DNA of 64,000 nt from Planctomycetota bacterium (GCA_965248445.1 CBDFJG010000002.1:320001-384000), one strand, 5' to 3'. Positions 38,927 through 49,218 are shown, numbered from the stretch's first letter. Numbers and translations are program-made. The notes: a model not told the origin generated them from the letters alone.

Positions 38927-40085
38927 ATGAACAGGCGGCGGGAATTCACGATAGCGCTTACAGCGCTCGCCGCGATTGCGCTCCTCGGGCTGTGGCTCGT
39001 CGCAAGCTGCTCTGAAACGGCTGACTGGAAGCCCGCCCCCCCCCCGCGCCCCAGATTCCCACGCCGACGTCTACCGAGACCGAGGCCCCGCGTGTACGCG
39101 AGACTCGCGTGAGACGCGAGCCCGCTCCGCCTCTGTCCATGGAGGAGACGACCCAGGTCACACTGCGCGACCTTGCAGACGGCACCCCGTGTCCAGGTGT
39201 AGAAGTCACTCTGCGTGCACCCAGCGCGGGCCATGAGCTCTTCGTCACGAGCGATTCCGGTGGCGTCATCCGCGTACCGAAGGACTGGGTAAAGGCGCCC
39301 CCAGGCGACGTCAGCTCGCCGTACAAGTTGGCCGGTACAACAGGTCGCTCAGGGAGTCCCGTCACGGCCTGGCTGTACCAAGAAATCGTGGTGACAGTCG
39401 ATGTCGAACTACCGGCGGAGTTCGAGGTCGACATCCCCGTTTCCGCAGAAGCCAAGATCGTCCCGCTACCCGCGAAGTCTGGGCATCCGCTTACCCAAAC
39501 TCCTCCATGGAGCCGCGCGTGGCTGCACGCGAACGGCATCGTGGTCACGTGGACCGACATGGAGCGGCGAACCGACTTGCCGCGCTCGTTCACGCTCACG
39601 ATGCCACGGGTCCAGGGCATCGTTGTGGTCGCGCGGGCGCCTGAGCATCGCAGCCTCGAGAACCAGGTGACACGTGTGGCGGTCACTCACCTTGATCGAG
39701 AGCGGACAGTCTCGTTGTCACTCGCGCGCGGCAGGGCTGTTCACGGGCGGCTCCTTCTTCCGGCCGGCGCCACGCTCCCGCAACCGCTCCCGACGGTGGT
39801 GCTACGCGTCGAGAACACCGGCTCTCTTCGCCGAGCTGACTTCTTGGTGTGGAAACTCAAGGGACAGGCGATCGGATCGGGAGCGAGTTCTTACGATGGC
39901 GAGGACGCGACGTTCACATTCCAGACGTCGGCGCGCGTGAACCCGGACGGCACGTATCGCGTGCCGTTCTTCGAACGCGGCCGCGCCATGCTCCTGGTGC
40001 AGGTGACTGGGTTCCTCGTGGAAGAACTATCGCTTGGGCATATCTCCACCGATCGCACGGATCTTGATGTTCAGCTTCGTCCGTT
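38927..40085 (+). pseudogene. Membrane-anchored beta-sandwich (carboxypeptidase-regulatory-like) protein, frameshifted at a C10 tract and 3'-truncated by IS66
   Basis: N-terminal TM in one frame, body in another after 39036-39045; the stop codon is supplied by the IS end. Confidence 0.6.
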
Positions 40086-41585
40086 GTAACCGTTCACCCC
40101 TTGACAGCGTGTGAGCCTCAGCGTGCGACGGGCAGCGGGACCATGACGGGCGGGTCGGCGCCGGTGAGGTGCGCGGCGACCGAGTCGGCGAGGAAGTCGA
40201 AGACTTGGTCGCCACGGCGTCGCAGCGTGGCCGCGGCGGTCAACACGCGCTCGGCGAAGCGGAGTCCGCGAGCGGACTGGCTTCCGAAGGAGCCCTTGCG
40301 CCAGAGCACCGCTTTGCGGACCGCGCGCTCGGCGGCGTTGTTCGTCGGACTCACGTCCTGGGTCCGCGCATAGGTGAAGAGGGCGACCACGCGGGGGCGC
40401 AGATGGTTGGCCAGAGCCGAGTCGTCGTTCGCGATCAGTCGCTCGAGCCGTCCGCGCAGCACAGCGGCTTCGCCTTGCAGCCGGTCACGGTCGCCGTGCT
40501 CACCGAAGAGCCGGTAGCTGCGCATGACCGACTGCGCGATCATGACGCCCTTGTTGCCGAAGCGGCGATGTCCTCGCGGGCCTTCGGCCAGCGCACGGAA
40601 GGCGCGCTCGATGTGCGCCCAGCAGAGCTGGCGGCGGGCAAGTGGGTGTGACTCGTAGGCACCCATCCGGTCGCTGATCACCGTGCCACCGAAGCGCCGC
40701 CCGATCAGCCGCCCTTTCGCCTTGGCACTGCGGCGGCGATCGATCCCGAAGGCTGTGGCGTGCTCGCTCTCCGCCGCCCACAGCCAGCACACCCGGCCCC
40801 GTTCCTTCCACGACGTCTCGTCCACGTTGGCTCGCAGCGACGTGCGGACTGCCCCGAGGGCTTCGAGGTACGACGAGTGCAGAGCGTCACTGAGCCGACG
40901 CTCACAGTCGCTGATCTTGCCCAGCGACATCTTCACACCGAAGATCTCACCGAGCAGCCGCTGCGTCTCCCGCACGCTCACGCGGTACACGCCGCGCAGC
41001 GCGCCGGCAAGTGTGGTCAGCCGCGGACCGAAGGCCCCGGTCGGCACGCCATCGGGCAGGACCGCCGTCGTGACCGCACGACAGCGCCGGCACCGCGCCT
41101 TGTGCAGCCGGTGCTCCCGCACCGTGACGAGCACGCGCGGGAGCACCGTCACCTGGTGCCGGTACGGATCGCCGATGCCCTGCTCGAGATCGTCGTGTCC
41201 GCACGCGTCGCAGAGGTCGGGACGGTGCTCCTTGGTCTCATCGACGTTGGACGGATCCACCAGCTCGCGCGCCGTGCCCTCATGGCCCGGCTGTCCGCCC
41301 TGCTGGCGACCGCTACGCGGCCTTCGGCCGCGACGGCGCTTGGACCACGCCGGGTCCGACGACGGAGGCCTCGAGCTGTTGCGGGAGTCACGCTTCAGAC
41401 GCGACTCGAGCTCGTCGATGCGGCGCAGATGCTTCGCTTCGCGACGCTCCAGCTCCTCGATCCAGGCCAGAAGGCCCTCGACCATCGCCCGCAGATCCTC
41501 GTCCTGCCGCTCGCCCACAACCTCTTGATCGACCGATGGCCGAACGATCTGGATCCTGGCTCGCGACGAAGGGGTGAACGGTTAC
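40086..41585 (-). mobile_element. IS66-family element (single-ORF type)
   Basis: Perfect 17-bp IR GTAACCGTTCACCCCTT; no flanking direct repeat. Confidence 0.93.
40118..41518 (-). CDS. IS66 family transposase
   Basis: NSSRPPSSD, GGQPGHEG, VDETSW, RQLCWAH, PTNNAAERAVR. Confidence 0.96.
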   Translation of the reverse strand: MGERQDEDLRAMVEGLLAWIEELERREAKHLRRIDELESRLKRDSRNSSRPPSSDPAWSKRRRGRRPRSGRQQGGQPGHEGTARELVDPSNVDETKEHRPDLCDACGHDDLEQGIGDPYRHQVTVLPRVLVTVREHRLHKARCRRCRAVTTAVLPDGVPTGAFGPRLTTLAGALRGVYRVSVRETQRLLGEIFGVKMSLGKISDCERRLSDALHSSYLEALGAVRTSLRANVDETSWKERGRVCWLWAAESEHATAFGIDRRRSAKAKGRLIGRRFGGTVISDRMGAYESHPLARRQLCWAHIERAFRALAEGPRGHRRFGNKGVMIAQSVMRSYRLFGEHGDRDRLQGEAAVLRGRLERLIANDDSALANHLRPRVVALFTYARTQDVSPTNNAAERAVRKAVLWRKGSFGSQSARGLRFAERVLTAAATLRRRGDQVFDFLADSVAAHLTGADPPVMVPLPVAR

Positions 41586-42740
41586 GAGGAGCGCGCCCGG
41601 CTCCGCGTTACGGACGTTGTACGAGCGGATCTCGGCGACATGCGTGTCCGTCACGACCCAATACGTCGGGGTCTTCCTGCGATTCGCGTCGCCGATCTTG
41701 CTGGCGAGCGGGAGTTCGATGATGCCGTTGCCGTCGGCGTGTGACGTGGGTCCGCGGGCGTAGGCGCGGTCGTCCCCGAACTGGTGGAATGTCCACACCG
41801 TGGCGCCCGGGAGCGGCGCTCGCGATTCGCCGTCCACCAGCCGCAAGCGGATCAGTACCTCGGCGGGCTCGATGCGGACGACGCCGTCGCCCAGACGGCC
41901 GTCGGCGGACTGCTGCACGCGCACCGCGAGCAGTTGGCCGTAGGGGTCGACGACGAGCACCGCGCTCGGAGGCGCCGCGCCCGCTGCGGGAGCGGCGTCG
42001 ATCATCCAGTCGTCGCCTTCGCGACGCACCGGCGCGTGCACGCGCCACTCCTCGCCGTTGGTCATCCACTCTTCGAACATCGCACCGGGCCCGCCGTCGG
42101 CGAGCAGCGCGCTCTCCCAAACGAGTTCGGCCGTCGGCTGCCGTCCGCGGTCCGCGTAGATCCGCTCGACTTCCGCCGCGGAGAACTCGCGTCCGGTGAC
42201 CGAGTCGACGAACGACAAGCGCAGCGGGTGCGCGGTCTCCATCACGATGCGGGTCTCCTGGCCGAAGCTAGCGGGCAGGATGACGCGTGTCGTACCGCGA
42301 CCCGCCGCGGTCGCGATGACGGTCACGTCGCCCGCCGTGCCGGCGGGACGGATCAACCTGACGATGCCGCGCTCGTCGGTCGCCTCGTCACTGACCCATC
42401 CGCCGCCCCACGCGACGCGGACCGACGCATCCGCGACCCAGCCGGCGTCTGCGCCCGGGCCGTCCACCACGCGCACGAACGGCATCGACAGAATCGGTTC
42501 GGAGACGATCTCCTCGGCGTTCTCGTCTGCCGCCTCCTCGTCGTCGGCCCGCGCGCCGGCCTCGTCGACGCGGCGGCGGCGCTTGCCCTCGCCCTCCTCG
42601 GGCTCGGGCGCGTCCGGCGGCTCCTCGATCACGTCCGGCGGCGGCGCATCGTCCCCACCGGAGCCGAGAACGAGCCACGCAATCAAGCCCAGGAGGCATA
42701 TCAAGAGGAGTCCGATCACGAGCTTCGTCTTCGTCGTCAT
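41586..42740 (-). pseudogene. Membrane-anchored beta-sandwich protein, 3'-truncated by IS66
   Basis: GGAGAGG RBS, N-terminal TM, acidic linker, LVDGESRAPLPGATV repeat type; the ORF runs into the IS end. Confidence 0.65.
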
Positions 42741-42839
42741 GCCGACCTCTCCGCCGGTTTGGGCAGCGCGTGGGCGAGCCGCCATGCGGACATCTTCGCG
42801 CAAACGCGCGACACTGACAGACAGAGAGGAGCGAGGCCC

Positions 42840-43400
42840 ATGAGACGCAGCAACTGGCGTCGAGGACTTCTCATGCTGGCCGTGCTGGGTCTCTCCGCGG
42901 GCTGCTCGTCGGGCGTGCAAAGCAGCGGACCCTGGTACGGACCACCGCGCGGCGGTGGCGTTGTCCGTGCTCCCTCCGGAGGCGAGGGCGCGCACGGCAG
43001 CCTCCGGCTCGGGGACTACCGCATGGTCGCGGCGCCGCAGTTGGGCGACATCGCGCAGGCGCGCTGGGATACCGGCGGACCGGTGATCCTCTACAACCCG
43101 CGGATCATGCAGGAGGTCGGACCGGCCGTGGCGTACTTCTTCGAGGTGCACGAGAAGTCACACCACGACCTCGACCACGTGCCGCGCGGCGCCGCCATCA
43201 CGACGCCAGAGAATCGTGTCAAGGTGGCGCGGGCGTTCGAGCGCGAGGCCGACTGCCGCGCCGCGCGCTACCTCGCCGCGCACCGACCCGACACGCTGCC
43301 GGAGATCATCCGGTTCTTCCAGTCCAAGACATCGAACGACTGGTACCACGATCCGGGATACGCACGGGCGGCGCTCATCGCCGAGTGCGCGAACCGATAG
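42840..43400 (+). CDS. Lipoprotein with zincin-like HExxH metallopeptidase motif
   Basis: Lipobox LSAGC; HEKSHH..H followed by EREADC. Confidence 0.7.
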   Translation: MRRSNWRRGLLMLAVLGLSAGCSSGVQSSGPWYGPPRGGGVVRAPSGGEGAHGSLRLGDYRMVAAPQLGDIAQARWDTGGPVILYNPRIMQEVGPAVAYFFEVHEKSHHDLDHVPRGAAITTPENRVKVARAFEREADCRAARYLAAHRPDTLPEIIRFFQSKTSNDWYHDPGYARAALIAECANR

Positions 43401-43421
43401 CCGGAAGAGACGGGCGCGGCT

Positions 43422-43583
43422 CTACTCGCCGGATGCGCCGGCAGAACCCGAGCTACCCGGTGCCTTGAAGACTGGCGCAAACAGGGGTGTCGGCGTCTCC
43501 GCGCCCTGTTCGCCGTCGTGCGTCGACTTGCACGCGGTAAGAGACAGGACCAGCACTGCGAGAACGATCGCCTTGGTTCGCAT
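43422..43583 (-). CDS. Small lipoprotein
   Basis: GGGAGG RBS; MRTKAIVLAVLVLSLTAC. Confidence 0.6.
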   Translation of the reverse strand: MRTKAIVLAVLVLSLTACKSTHDGEQGAETPTPLFAPVFKAPGSSGSAGASGE

Positions 43584-43767
43584 CGATGTGTACCTCCCGG
43601 ACTCGAGCGCGTCCGCGCTCACCGGCGCGCAGGCTACGCGGCGGGTCGGGGGCTACGCGAATCCAAGCGCGACGCCCACCCGGTAGCCGCGCGGAGCTCT
43701 CTGTGGTAGGTTGCGGGCTGGACCTATTAGGCGGATCCACACGGCCACAGGCCAGAAAGGGGATGTG

Positions 43768-43827
43768 ATGAAGACGACCCAGATCGCGACGTTCAGTCAC
43801 GTCGCATCCCCGAGGGTGATCGCCTAG
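43768..43827 (+). promoter_or_regulatory. Putative leader peptide MKTTQIATFSHVASPRVIA upstream of RIO kinase
   Basis: AAAGGGGA RBS, 19 codons, followed by hairpins. Confidence 0.45.
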
Positions 43828-43855
43828 CCGGATCGACTCGCTGCGAGTCGCCGCT

Positions 43856-43888
43856 GCGGCCGTCCCACTCGGGCGGCCGTTTGTGATT
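43856..43888 (+). terminator. Putative attenuator/intrinsic terminator in the RIO kinase leader
   Basis: 10-bp stem GCGGCCGTCC/GGGCGGCCGT followed by TTGTGATT. Confidence 0.45.
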
Positions 43889-44083
43889 CAGCGGCCGGTC
43901 TGAGTCCACCGCAATCCTGACCCGACGCATCAACCGCGGTCCCGGTCCGCCGTGACCGCCCCACCACGCACAACGCGCGAAGGAAGGAGCTCCAAGTGAG
44001 TGAACCGACAACGGGAATGAACCCACCTGGTGAACCAACAACGACGACACACGGGACGGCACGCGCCGTCCGTGCGAGGGCCA

Positions 44084-44935
44084 ATGCACACGATATACGA
44101 CGATCACGAAGCGAACGACTCTGACGAACGCGTCTGGGAGGGAGACCACCTGCCGGACGAACTGACGCCGTCCTTCAACGGAGGGCGGCAGGAGAAGAAG
44201 TGGATCGAGGACGCCCTCGGCGACTTCTATTCCGACGGCTGGCTCGACGACGTCACCTTCCGCGTGAAGGGCGGCAAGGAGGCGACTGTCTACTGCTGCG
44301 CAGCGCACCCCTCGACGGGTTTCGAACTGCTGGCAGCCAAGGTAATGCGCCCGCGGATGTTCCGCGCGATGAAGAACGACTCGCTCTACCGCATCGGACG
44401 CACGACGCTCGACGCGGAGTCCAAGACCGTGCTCGACCATCGCAGCATCCGCGCGCTCGAGAAGGGCACGCGCTACGGCCGCAAGCTGGCGACGGCATCC
44501 TGGTGCCAGCACGAATTCAAGGCTCTGCAGCACCTGCACGCAGCCGGCGCAGACGTGCCGAAGCCGCTCGCGTGCGCGCCGAACGCTCTCCTGATGGAGT
44601 TCATCGGCGACCGCGACGGCGCGGCGCCCATCCTGCACTCGGTGCGGCTCACGCCCGCCGAGGCACAACCGCTACTCGACCGCATGCTCGAGAACGTCGA
44701 GATCATGCTCCGCGGCTACCGCGTACACGGCGACCTGTCCGCCTACAACGTCCTGTACTGGGAGGGCGAGGCGCGGATCATCGACTTCCCCCAGACGATC
44801 GACGCGCTGCGGCACCCCGAGGCGTACCGACTCTTCGCGCGGGACATCGACCGGCTGTGCCGTTACTTCGGGCGGCAGGGCATCGCCTGCGATCCCGACG
44901 GCATCGCCCACGAAATCTGGGAGACGGTTATGTAG
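44084..44935 (+). CDS. RIO1 family atypical protein kinase/ATPase
   Basis: KGGKEATVY, AAKV, LMEFIG, VHGDLSAYNVL, IIDFPQ. Confidence 0.93.
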   Translation: MHTIYDDHEANDSDERVWEGDHLPDELTPSFNGGRQEKKWIEDALGDFYSDGWLDDVTFRVKGGKEATVYCCAAHPSTGFELLAAKVMRPRMFRAMKNDSLYRIGRTTLDAESKTVLDHRSIRALEKGTRYGRKLATASWCQHEFKALQHLHAAGADVPKPLACAPNALLMEFIGDRDGAAPILHSVRLTPAEAQPLLDRMLENVEIMLRGYRVHGDLSAYNVLYWEGEARIIDFPQTIDALRHPEAYRLFARDIDRLCRYFGRQGIACDPDGIAHEIWETVM

Positions 44936-45057
44936 GCCGCGGGTGCACCGACAATCCGACTTCGTAGCGGGGGATTCGCCTCGCGCGCAGACACAACACT
45001 CCGGAGAGGTGCCGAACGAACGTCACGTTCGTGCGTCTATCCTGGAGGAGGCCCGCC

Positions 45058-46215
45058 ATGCGTTTCTCGCCCGTTCTCGCTGTCGCGCTCGTTGCCGTCC
45101 TGGCCACGCCGTCATTCGGGTGGATCTCGGTCGAGAACCAACCCCTCGATCACGCGCTCTACGCACAGCACGGCCCCCGCGCCGTGCTGGCTGGGACGAT
45201 CCGCGAGGTCGTCGTGGAGGAGGGCCAACTACGGGAGCTCTCGCCCCCAAAGTCCGAGATCCGATTCGAGATCGAGCAGGTCGTGAACGGTGCGGGAGCC
45301 AAGGCCGGACACATCACGCGCTACTCCACGCGCTCGTTCAGCTGGCCCACTACGCTGCTTCCGCTCGAGGCCGAGCAGAGGTGCATCCTTGTCGTCGATC
45401 CGGAGCGCCGAGAGGGCTTCGACGGCCGCCTGATGACCGTGCTGCCCTGGCGCGGCGGCCGTCTCGCGGCGGCCGAGGACCGCGCGGGCACCCTGCGCGC
45501 CATCGCGTCCGAACTCGCTGCACAGATCGCGGTCGTGGATGACGACTTCGCGAAGAAGCGCGAACTCGTGATCCTGGCCGCTCCCCTGCTCACGGCGGAG
45601 CAGGCCACCAAGACACTTCGCCCGCTCGTCGATCACAAGGACATCTGGCTCTGCCGCGCGGCGATCGCCGGGCTCGCGCTCGCGTCACCGACCTACGAGA
45701 ACCTAGCGCGCGCCGTCGCCGACATGGAGGCGTTCGCGGAAGCGACGCCGAAGGCTCACCTGATCGACGGCATCGAACACGGGGCCAGGTACGCGGCCTA
45801 TCCGTTCTACTTCCGCAACTACCGTTGGCTCCGCACGGACTGGAGCATGGAGCAGCGCGAGCGCGTGAGGGCTCACATCTGGCTGCACCGCACGGTCGCG
45901 CGGACCGTCACCAACCACGCGAACTCCCGGCTTGAGTACGGCATCCGTCCGCTGTGCACGAACGGGGACGCCACCGACCTCCGTCAGCTGTACGAATACT
46001 ACATGGAGAGCGAGACCAACGGACGGGGCGCGATCCACGAGAGGCCGTCCACGCGCATGGCCGTCCTGCGCCGCCTGACGAAACTGCTCAACATCGAGTT
46101 GATCGCCAGCGAGGTCCCGGAACTCGGCTGGCACCTCGCCGGCATCGCGAAGGAACCGGAGCAGCTCGAACTGATCCGCGACGCTCTCAAGCGCCGCGGC
46201 GTCGACTGGCTCTAG
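45058..46215 (+). CDS. Secreted hypothetical protein
   Basis: GGAGG RBS, signal peptide; its stop TAG lies within the IS1380 target CTAG. Confidence 0.7.
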   Translation: MRFSPVLAVALVAVLATPSFGWISVENQPLDHALYAQHGPRAVLAGTIREVVVEEGQLRELSPPKSEIRFEIEQVVNGAGAKAGHITRYSTRSFSWPTTLLPLEAEQRCILVVDPERREGFDGRLMTVLPWRGGRLAAAEDRAGTLRAIASELAAQIAVVDDDFAKKRELVILAAPLLTAEQATKTLRPLVDHKDIWLCRAAIAGLALASPTYENLARAVADMEAFAEATPKAHLIDGIEHGARYAAYPFYFRNYRWLRTDWSMEQRERVRAHIWLHRTVARTVTNHANSRLEYGIRPLCTNGDATDLRQLYEYYMESETNGRGAIHERPSTRMAVLRRLTKLLNIELIASEVPELGWHLAGIAKEPEQLELIRDALKRRGVDWL

Positions 46216-47884
46216 CCCGAATCGTTCACCAGCCGGGAATCTGAGCGGGCCGTCGTCTGTCTAAGTGCTCGTACTCGCTAGTACTTGCACCGACAGGAGC
46301 GCCGGCCCGATGACGACAGACTGTAGCCCGCAGGGGACCCTCTTCGCGGGCATCTGTGGACGCACCGCGGTGACGCGCTTCGACGCCGGTACCGTGACGA
46401 GCGACGGGGGCGTGCTGCTGCTCGAGCGGGTCGATCGTCGCATCGATCTGCTCTCGCGGTTTGCGCGCTGCTTCGGGGACCACCGGGACCCGCGTCGGGT
46501 CGAGCACACGGTCGGCCAGATGCTGCGTCAGCGGGTCTTCGGGCTGTGCGCGGGCTACGAGGATCTGGTGGACCACGACCATGTCGGCAAGGACCCGCTG
46601 TTTGCCGCGGCGTGCGGCAAGCGCGAGGGTGCTCTGGCCACGCACCCGACGCTCTCGCGGCTCGAGACCACGCAGCTCGGCGCCACGGCACAGACGCGCT
46701 ACGCCAAGATCGAGATGGACCAGGAGCGCGTGGACAGCGTGCTCAGCGACGTCTTCTGCGAGGCCATGGGGCCGGAGGATCCGGGCCTGCTCGTGCTGGA
46801 CCTGGACCACTCCGACGTGCGGCTGCACGGCCGGCAGGAGGGCCGCTTCTTCCACGGCTACTACGGGCACTACTGCTACCTGCCGCTGTACGTCTTCTGC
46901 GGCGAGCACCTCTTGCTCGCTCGGCTCCAGACCGCTGACAGAGATCCCGCGCGCGGAGTCGTGGACGAGCTCCGTGCGCTGGTCTTACGTCTGCGGCGCC
47001 GCTGGCCCCGGGCCAAGGTGCTCGTGCGCGCAGACTCGGGCTTTTGCCGCGAGGAGCTGATGGCCTGGTGCGAGGCCGCCGGCCACTTCTACCTGCTGGG
47101 CATGGCGCGCAATGAGCGCCTTGAGCGACACGTCGAAGACGCGCTCGATGAGGCCGCAGCCCGTGCCGTGCAGACCGGCCGAGCAGCCCGGGTCTTTCGC
47201 GACTTTGCCTGGACCACGCTGGGGAGCTGGAGCCAGAGGCGTCGCGTGGTCGCCAAGGCCGAGCACCTGCCGGGCGGCAAGCGCAATCCCCGCTTCGTGG
47301 TGACCAATCTGCCGCCTCGTAGCTGGAGCAGCAAGCGTCTCTACGAGCAGCTCTACTGCGCCCGGGGCGAGGCGGAGAATCGCATCAAGGAGCAGCAGCT
47401 CGAGCTCTTCGGCACCCGTCTGTCGGTGCACACGATGCAGGGCAACGCCGTGCGGATGGCCATGTCGGCCATGGCCTACGTCCTGACCTGTGCGCTGCGA
47501 CGCATCGGTCTCGCCGGCACCGAGATGGCGCGTGCGCAAGCCGGCACGATCCGCCTGCGGCTGCTCAAGATCGGCGCGCTCGTGCGGATCACGACGCGCC
47601 GGATCTGGGTCTCGATGTCCTCGTCGTGGCCCTGGCAGCACGTCTTCGAGCGCTGCGCGCAACGACTGCTGGCATCCCCGAAGCCGACCTGACGTCCCGC
47701 CGCGCCGTCCGCCACACCACCGCCCGGCCTACGGTCTGCCCACACCGCAGAATCCGCGCCGTTTCGGCCGCTCACTCGCGTTGCCCTTGTGGCAACGACG
47801 ACAGCATCCGCCCTCGCCTGGCCAAGATCTGACCCTGTGGACTCCGAAAGCACCGTCATCGCGACGTCTCGTGAACAGATGCGG
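46216..47884 (+). mobile_element. IS1380-family element, copy B (1669 bp)
   Basis: Same ends and length as copy A; CTAG duplication at 46212-46215 and 47885-47888. Confidence 0.95.
46310..47692 (+). CDS. IS1380 family transposase (same translation as copy A)
   Basis: Identical ORF-track translations in all listed frames. Confidence 0.96.
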   Translation: MTTDCSPQGTLFAGICGRTAVTRFDAGTVTSDGGVLLLERVDRRIDLLSRFARCFGDHRDPRRVEHTVGQMLRQRVFGLCAGYEDLVDHDHVGKDPLFAAACGKREGALATHPTLSRLETTQLGATAQTRYAKIEMDQERVDSVLSDVFCEAMGPEDPGLLVLDLDHSDVRLHGRQEGRFFHGYYGHYCYLPLYVFCGEHLLLARLQTADRDPARGVVDELRALVLRLRRRWPRAKVLVRADSGFCREELMAWCEAAGHFYLLGMARNERLERHVEDALDEAAARAVQTGRAARVFRDFAWTTLGSWSQRRRVVAKAEHLPGGKRNPRFVVTNLPPRSWSSKRLYEQLYCARGEAENRIKEQQLELFGTRLSVHTMQGNAVRMAMSAMAYVLTCALRRIGLAGTEMARAQAGTIRLRLLKIGALVRITTRRIWVSMSSSWPWQHVFERCAQRLLASPKPT

Positions 47885-47919
47885 CTAGCAGTGTGTTGAA
47901 CAAGTCGGCGCGCCACCCG

Positions 47920-49218
47920 TCACTCTGTGGCCTGCTCCTCGTACCACTGGAGGCGCTCGCGCCGGTACGCCCCGCGCGGTGAAGAAGGGTCGAGGTCGAG
48001 TTCAACCGCTCGCCGCTGCGCGTCGATGGCCTCGGAGCGCCGGTCGTTCGTCCACAGCGCGACAGCGTGCGCTTGGTGGGCATCCGCCGAATCCGGTGCG
48101 AGGATGAGCGCGCGATCGGCCCAATCAAGCGCTTCGCGGCGGGCCTCAGGCGCGTCCTGTTTGGCGAGGACCCACGCCCCGAGTTGGCGACGGTACGCGG
48201 TCTCGCCGCCGAGTTGAATCGCCTTGCGCAGGGCGGTGGCCGCCTCGTCGTATCGGTCCAGGTAATAGAGGGTGTCGCCCTTGAGCTGCCACGCGTCCGC
48301 GTCGTCGGGCACCTCCCACATGTACGTGTGAAGTGCCTCGAGTGCGGCTTCGTTGTCATCTGCGTAGTAGAGAGCTTGCGCGCGTCCGTAGTGCGCCCAG
48401 TGTTGTTCCGGCCAGCGCTCGACGACCCGGTCGTAGTGGGCGAGCGCATCCGCGTAGCGCTCTTCCTCTTGGGCGGTATAGCCTCGCCACAGCGTGTACT
48501 GGGGCTGCCACACGGGCCACGTGCACGCGAAGATCGCGCCTCCAACAAGCAGTGCGAACGTTACCGCCGCTAGGAGCCGCCGGACCGCGGAGCCATAGAG
48601 CGCCCCACCCACCGCCAGACCGAACGCCAGCCCGCCGAGGTGCGCGCCGTTCGCGATCGCGAACGGCAGGACGGGCACGAACTCGCTCAGCACGCAGAGA
48701 ACCGCCCAACCACCGAGGAGCCGCGCGTCCTTCGCGGCTTGAGGAGCGTCGAACGCGGGGAACCGATGACGGGCCGCCCACTGGAATCCGACCAGGACGT
48801 ACAGAACCCCGGAGAACCCGACTCCTGTGCTCCCGGACCACGCGATCTGCGCTGCCGAAGACGTCGCCGCGCCGCCGACCACCAGGGCGAGCATCAGAGG
48901 CCACGGAATCTCGCGTTCGACGCGGGCGCCGAGACGCCAGACCCAGAAAGCGTTGAACAGGAAGTGGAAGACGTCGAAGTGGACGAACGCCGACGTCACG
49001 AGGGCCCACCACGCGCCGTCCCAGATGTCGTAGATGTCGCGGTATCCCGGGCTTCCCGCGGCGTCCCACCCGACCATTCCCGCCTCGACGAGGAAGAGAC
49101 CGTGCACCGCCGTGCAGAGCAGCAAGCACGTCACCGTGATCGGCACCATCCACGCCGGCCGGGGCGGGCCGTCCGGAGCGCGGATTGACGGGTCGGTCAG
49201 CAGCTGCTCGTCTGTCAT
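47920..49218 (-). CDS. Rhomboid intramembrane serine protease with C-terminal TPRs
   Basis: HFLFN, GFSG catalytic Ser, ANGAHLGG catalytic His, TPR repeats. Confidence 0.9.
   Translation of the reverse strand: MTDEQLLTDPSIRAPDGPPRPAWMVPITVTCLLLCTAVHGLFLVEAGMVGWDAAGSPGYRDIYDIWDGAWWALVTSAFVHFDVFHFLFNAFWVWRLGARVEREIPWPLMLALVVGGAATSSAAQIAWSGSTGVGFSGVLYVLVGFQWAARHRFPAFDAPQAAKDARLLGGWAVLCVLSEFVPVLPFAIANGAHLGGLAFGLAVGGALYGSAVRRLLAAVTFALLVGGAIFACTWPVWQPQYTLWRGYTAQEEERYADALAHYDRVVERWPEQHWAHYGRAQALYYADDNEAALEALHTYMWEVPDDADAWQLKGDTLYYLDRYDEAATALRKAIQLGGETAYRRQLGAWVLAKQDAPEARREALDWADRALILAPDSADAHQAHAVALWTNDRRSEAIDAQRRAVELDLDPSSPRGAYRRERLQWYEEQATE

Noticed and set aside
35333..46215. Segment already inverted between the IS1380 copies
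   Set aside because: The GIY-YIG halves rejoin in frame across copy A, showing the original orientation.
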